Shown here one piece after another: positions 62,417 through 64,000 of a stretch of 64,000 nt of DNA. The position numbers and the translations under genes were made by a program. Below the pieces are notes generated by a model. That model worked only from the letters and a program-made list of their open reading frames with translations, was not told the DNA's origin and made no database searches. Source of the stretch: Gaiellales bacterium (lineage in GTDB: Bacteria; Actinomycetota; Thermoleophilia; Gaiellales; JAICJC01); assembly GCA_036403155.1 (NCBI GenBank), contig DASWRM010000010.1, positions 33,618 through 97,617 on the forward strand, given 5' to 3'. Numbering within the stretch: position 1 is the first letter of the stretch; each line of letters begins with the position of its first letter.

Positions 62417-63880
62417 ATGCCCTTCAGTGACCTGCGCGACTGGCTCGACCATCTCCGCCGCGAGGGCGAGCTGCACGAGGTCACCGCCGAGGTGGATCCG
62501 CACCTGGAGATCACCGAGATCACCGACAGGGTGACGCAGGCGGGCGGCCCGGCCCTGCTCTTCCGCAACGTCCGGGGAAGCTCGCTGCCGCTGCTCATCA
62601 ACCAGTTCGGCACGGAGCGGCGGATGTGCATGGCGTTCGGGGTGGATCGCCTGGACGACCTCGCCGCGCGCGTCCAGAGCGTGCTCGAGATGACGCCTCC
62701 GGAGGGAATCGGAGACAAGATTCGCGCGCTCGGCCGGCTCAAGTCCCTGGCCGACTCGCGCCCGAAGACCGTCCGCAGCGGCCCGTGCCAGGAGGTCGTC
62801 CTGGAACCGCCCAGCCTCGATGCGCTGCCGGTGATGACGTGCTGGCCGAAGGACGGCGGGCCGTTCATCACGCTGCCGGCGGTCATCACCCGCGACCCGC
62901 GCACCGGCATGCGGAACGTCGGCATGTACCGGATCCAGAAGTTCGACGCGACGACCAGCGCGATGCACTGGCAGATCCACAAGGACGCGGCGGCCGACTG
63001 GCGCGGCATGGGCGACCGCATGGACGTCGCCGTCGCGCTCGGCCTCGACCCCATCAGCGCCTATACGGCCTCGGCGCCACTGCCGAAGCACATCGACGAG
63101 TTCATGCTGGCCGGGTTCCTGCGCGGCGAGCCGGTCGAGATGGTGCGCGCCCGCACGGTCGACCTGGAGGTGCCCGCGCGCGCCGAGATCGTCATCGAGG
63201 GATACATCGAGAAGGGCGAGCTGGCCGACGAGGGGCCGTTCGGCGACCACACCGGCTACTACACGCCGGTGGAGCCGTTTCCCGTGCTGCACGTCACGGC
63301 CGTGACGATGCGGCGCGACGCGATCTACCCGTCGATCATCGTCGGCGTGCCGCCGCAGGAGGACGTCTGGCTGGGCAAGGCGACGGAGCGGCTGTTCCTC
63401 CCCGCGATCCGCATGACGATGCCCGAGGTCGTGGACTACGACCTGCCGTTCCAGGGGGCGTTCCACAATCTCGCGATCGTCTCGATCCGCAAGGCCTTCC
63501 CCGGCCACGCCCGCAAGGTCATGCACGCGATCTGGGGGACCGGCCTGCTCTCGCTGACCAAGGGCGTCGTGGTGGTCGACGACTGGGTCGACGTCCACGA
63601 CTACGGGCAGGTGATGTGGCAGGCCGGGGCGAACGTCGATCCCGCCCGCGACGTCGTCCTCACCGAGGGGCCGCTCGACCACCTCGACCATGCACCGTCC
63701 CGCCAGTTCCTGGGCGGAAAGATCGGAATCGACGCCACCGCCAAGTGGGAGTCCGAGGGCTATCATCGCGGCTGGCCCGAGGTGATCGAGATGAGCCCCG
63801 AGGTGCGCGATCAGGTCACCGCCCGGTGGGCCGAATATGGCATTCCTGTTACGAAGACACCTGACCGAGAGGCGCGATAG
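62417..63880 (+). CDS. UbiD-family decarboxylase (menaquinone-biosynthesis decarboxylase type)
   Basis: Full-length UbiD pattern (GGPALLFRNV ... NVGMYRIQ ... EGPFGDHTGYY). Confidence 0.9.
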   Translation: MPFSDLRDWLDHLRREGELHEVTAEVDPHLEITEITDRVTQAGGPALLFRNVRGSSLPLLINQFGTERRMCMAFGVDRLDDLAARVQSVLEMTPPEGIGDKIRALGRLKSLADSRPKTVRSGPCQEVVLEPPSLDALPVMTCWPKDGGPFITLPAVITRDPRTGMRNVGMYRIQKFDATTSAMHWQIHKDAAADWRGMGDRMDVAVALGLDPISAYTASAPLPKHIDEFMLAGFLRGEPVEMVRARTVDLEVPARAEIVIEGYIEKGELADEGPFGDHTGYYTPVEPFPVLHVTAVTMRRDAIYPSIIVGVPPQEDVWLGKATERLFLPAIRMTMPEVVDYDLPFQGAFHNLAIVSIRKAFPGHARKVMHAIWGTGLLSLTKGVVVVDDWVDVHDYGQVMWQAGANVDPARDVVLTEGPLDHLDHAPSRQFLGGKIGIDATAKWESEGYHRGWPEVIEMSPEVRDQVTARWAEYGIPVTKTPDREAR

Positions 63881-63910
63881 TATGGCGCCGCTGGATTGAC
63901 TGGAGGACCT

Positions 63911-64000
63911 GTGGCGGACACTCCCGCCGGCTCGCACGCCCACGCATACACGGCGCCACAGGCGCCCGACTCCGCCGTCACGCGCGGCCAGTTCCTGACC
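63911..64000 (+). CDS. 5' end of an unidentified gene (runs off the window)
   Basis: GTG at 63911 is preceded by GGAGGA 4 nt upstream. The 30 codons visible have high GC3. Confidence 0.4.
   Translation, partial: MADTPAGSHAHAYTAPQAPDSAVTRGQFLT

Overview
This is a very GC-rich, gene-dense chromosomal window; GC content was judged by eye and not computed. The organism looks like a monoderm high-GC bacterium (Actinomycetota-like). Supporting signs are a PdtaS/PdtaR pair, a split LigD ligase/polymerase, a Tad locus without a secretin, many 1-4 nt stop/start overlaps, and TANNNT boxes 6-9 nt upstream of start codons (leaderless style). I support about 70 protein genes and one tRNA-Arg(CCT). I saw no rRNA, CRISPR array, transposase or integrase. 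Most long ORFs in the six-frame track are antisense or 5'-extended artefacts of high GC, so I re-derived starts from conserved N-termini and from the sequence itself. Blocks: (1) 1-4.4 kb holds the NHEJ polymerase domain and ATP-dependent ligase, a PAP2 phosphatase and PdtaS/PdtaR. (2) 4.4-13.3 kb (minus strand) is a complete, translationally coupled Tad/Flp pilus operon: two Flp pilins (one below the ORF-track size cut-off), TadE-like, a Cys-rich TadG-like protein, CpaB, TadZ/CpaE, TadA/CpaF, a VWA-TadB fusion and TadC. No prepilin peptidase is present in the window. (3) 13.4-15.9 kb is a mirror-duplicated regulator module of two LuxR-type receiver proteins flanked by two paralogous small receiver-like proteins, each with its own promoter-like element. 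A pair of divergent PilZ paralogs lies 4 kb further on. (4) 22.7-30.7 kb holds two convergent haem-copper oxidase operons. One is A2-type (YSHPAV), and its subunit I carries an N-terminal 2-TM extension and a C-terminal soluble domain. The other is A1-type (GHPEVY) and includes ctaB and two micro-proteins. (5) The remainder is housekeeping or accessory: NfeD/SPFH, RNase D, a tRNA-Arg followed by an AT-rich patch with a leaderless 53-aa ORF, a gamma-glutamyl polyamine catabolic cluster, a NarL-type two-component operon coupled to a PfkB kinase, a CDF transporter with three tandem cytoplasmic domains, HtrA, envelope glycosylation genes, hemB-hemL, LemA and a UbiD-family decarboxylase. The most novel-looking content is the Tad locus architecture with its duplicated orphan regulators, followed by the decorated A2-type oxidase subunit I. 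All functional calls come from motif recognition by eye; no database search was run.
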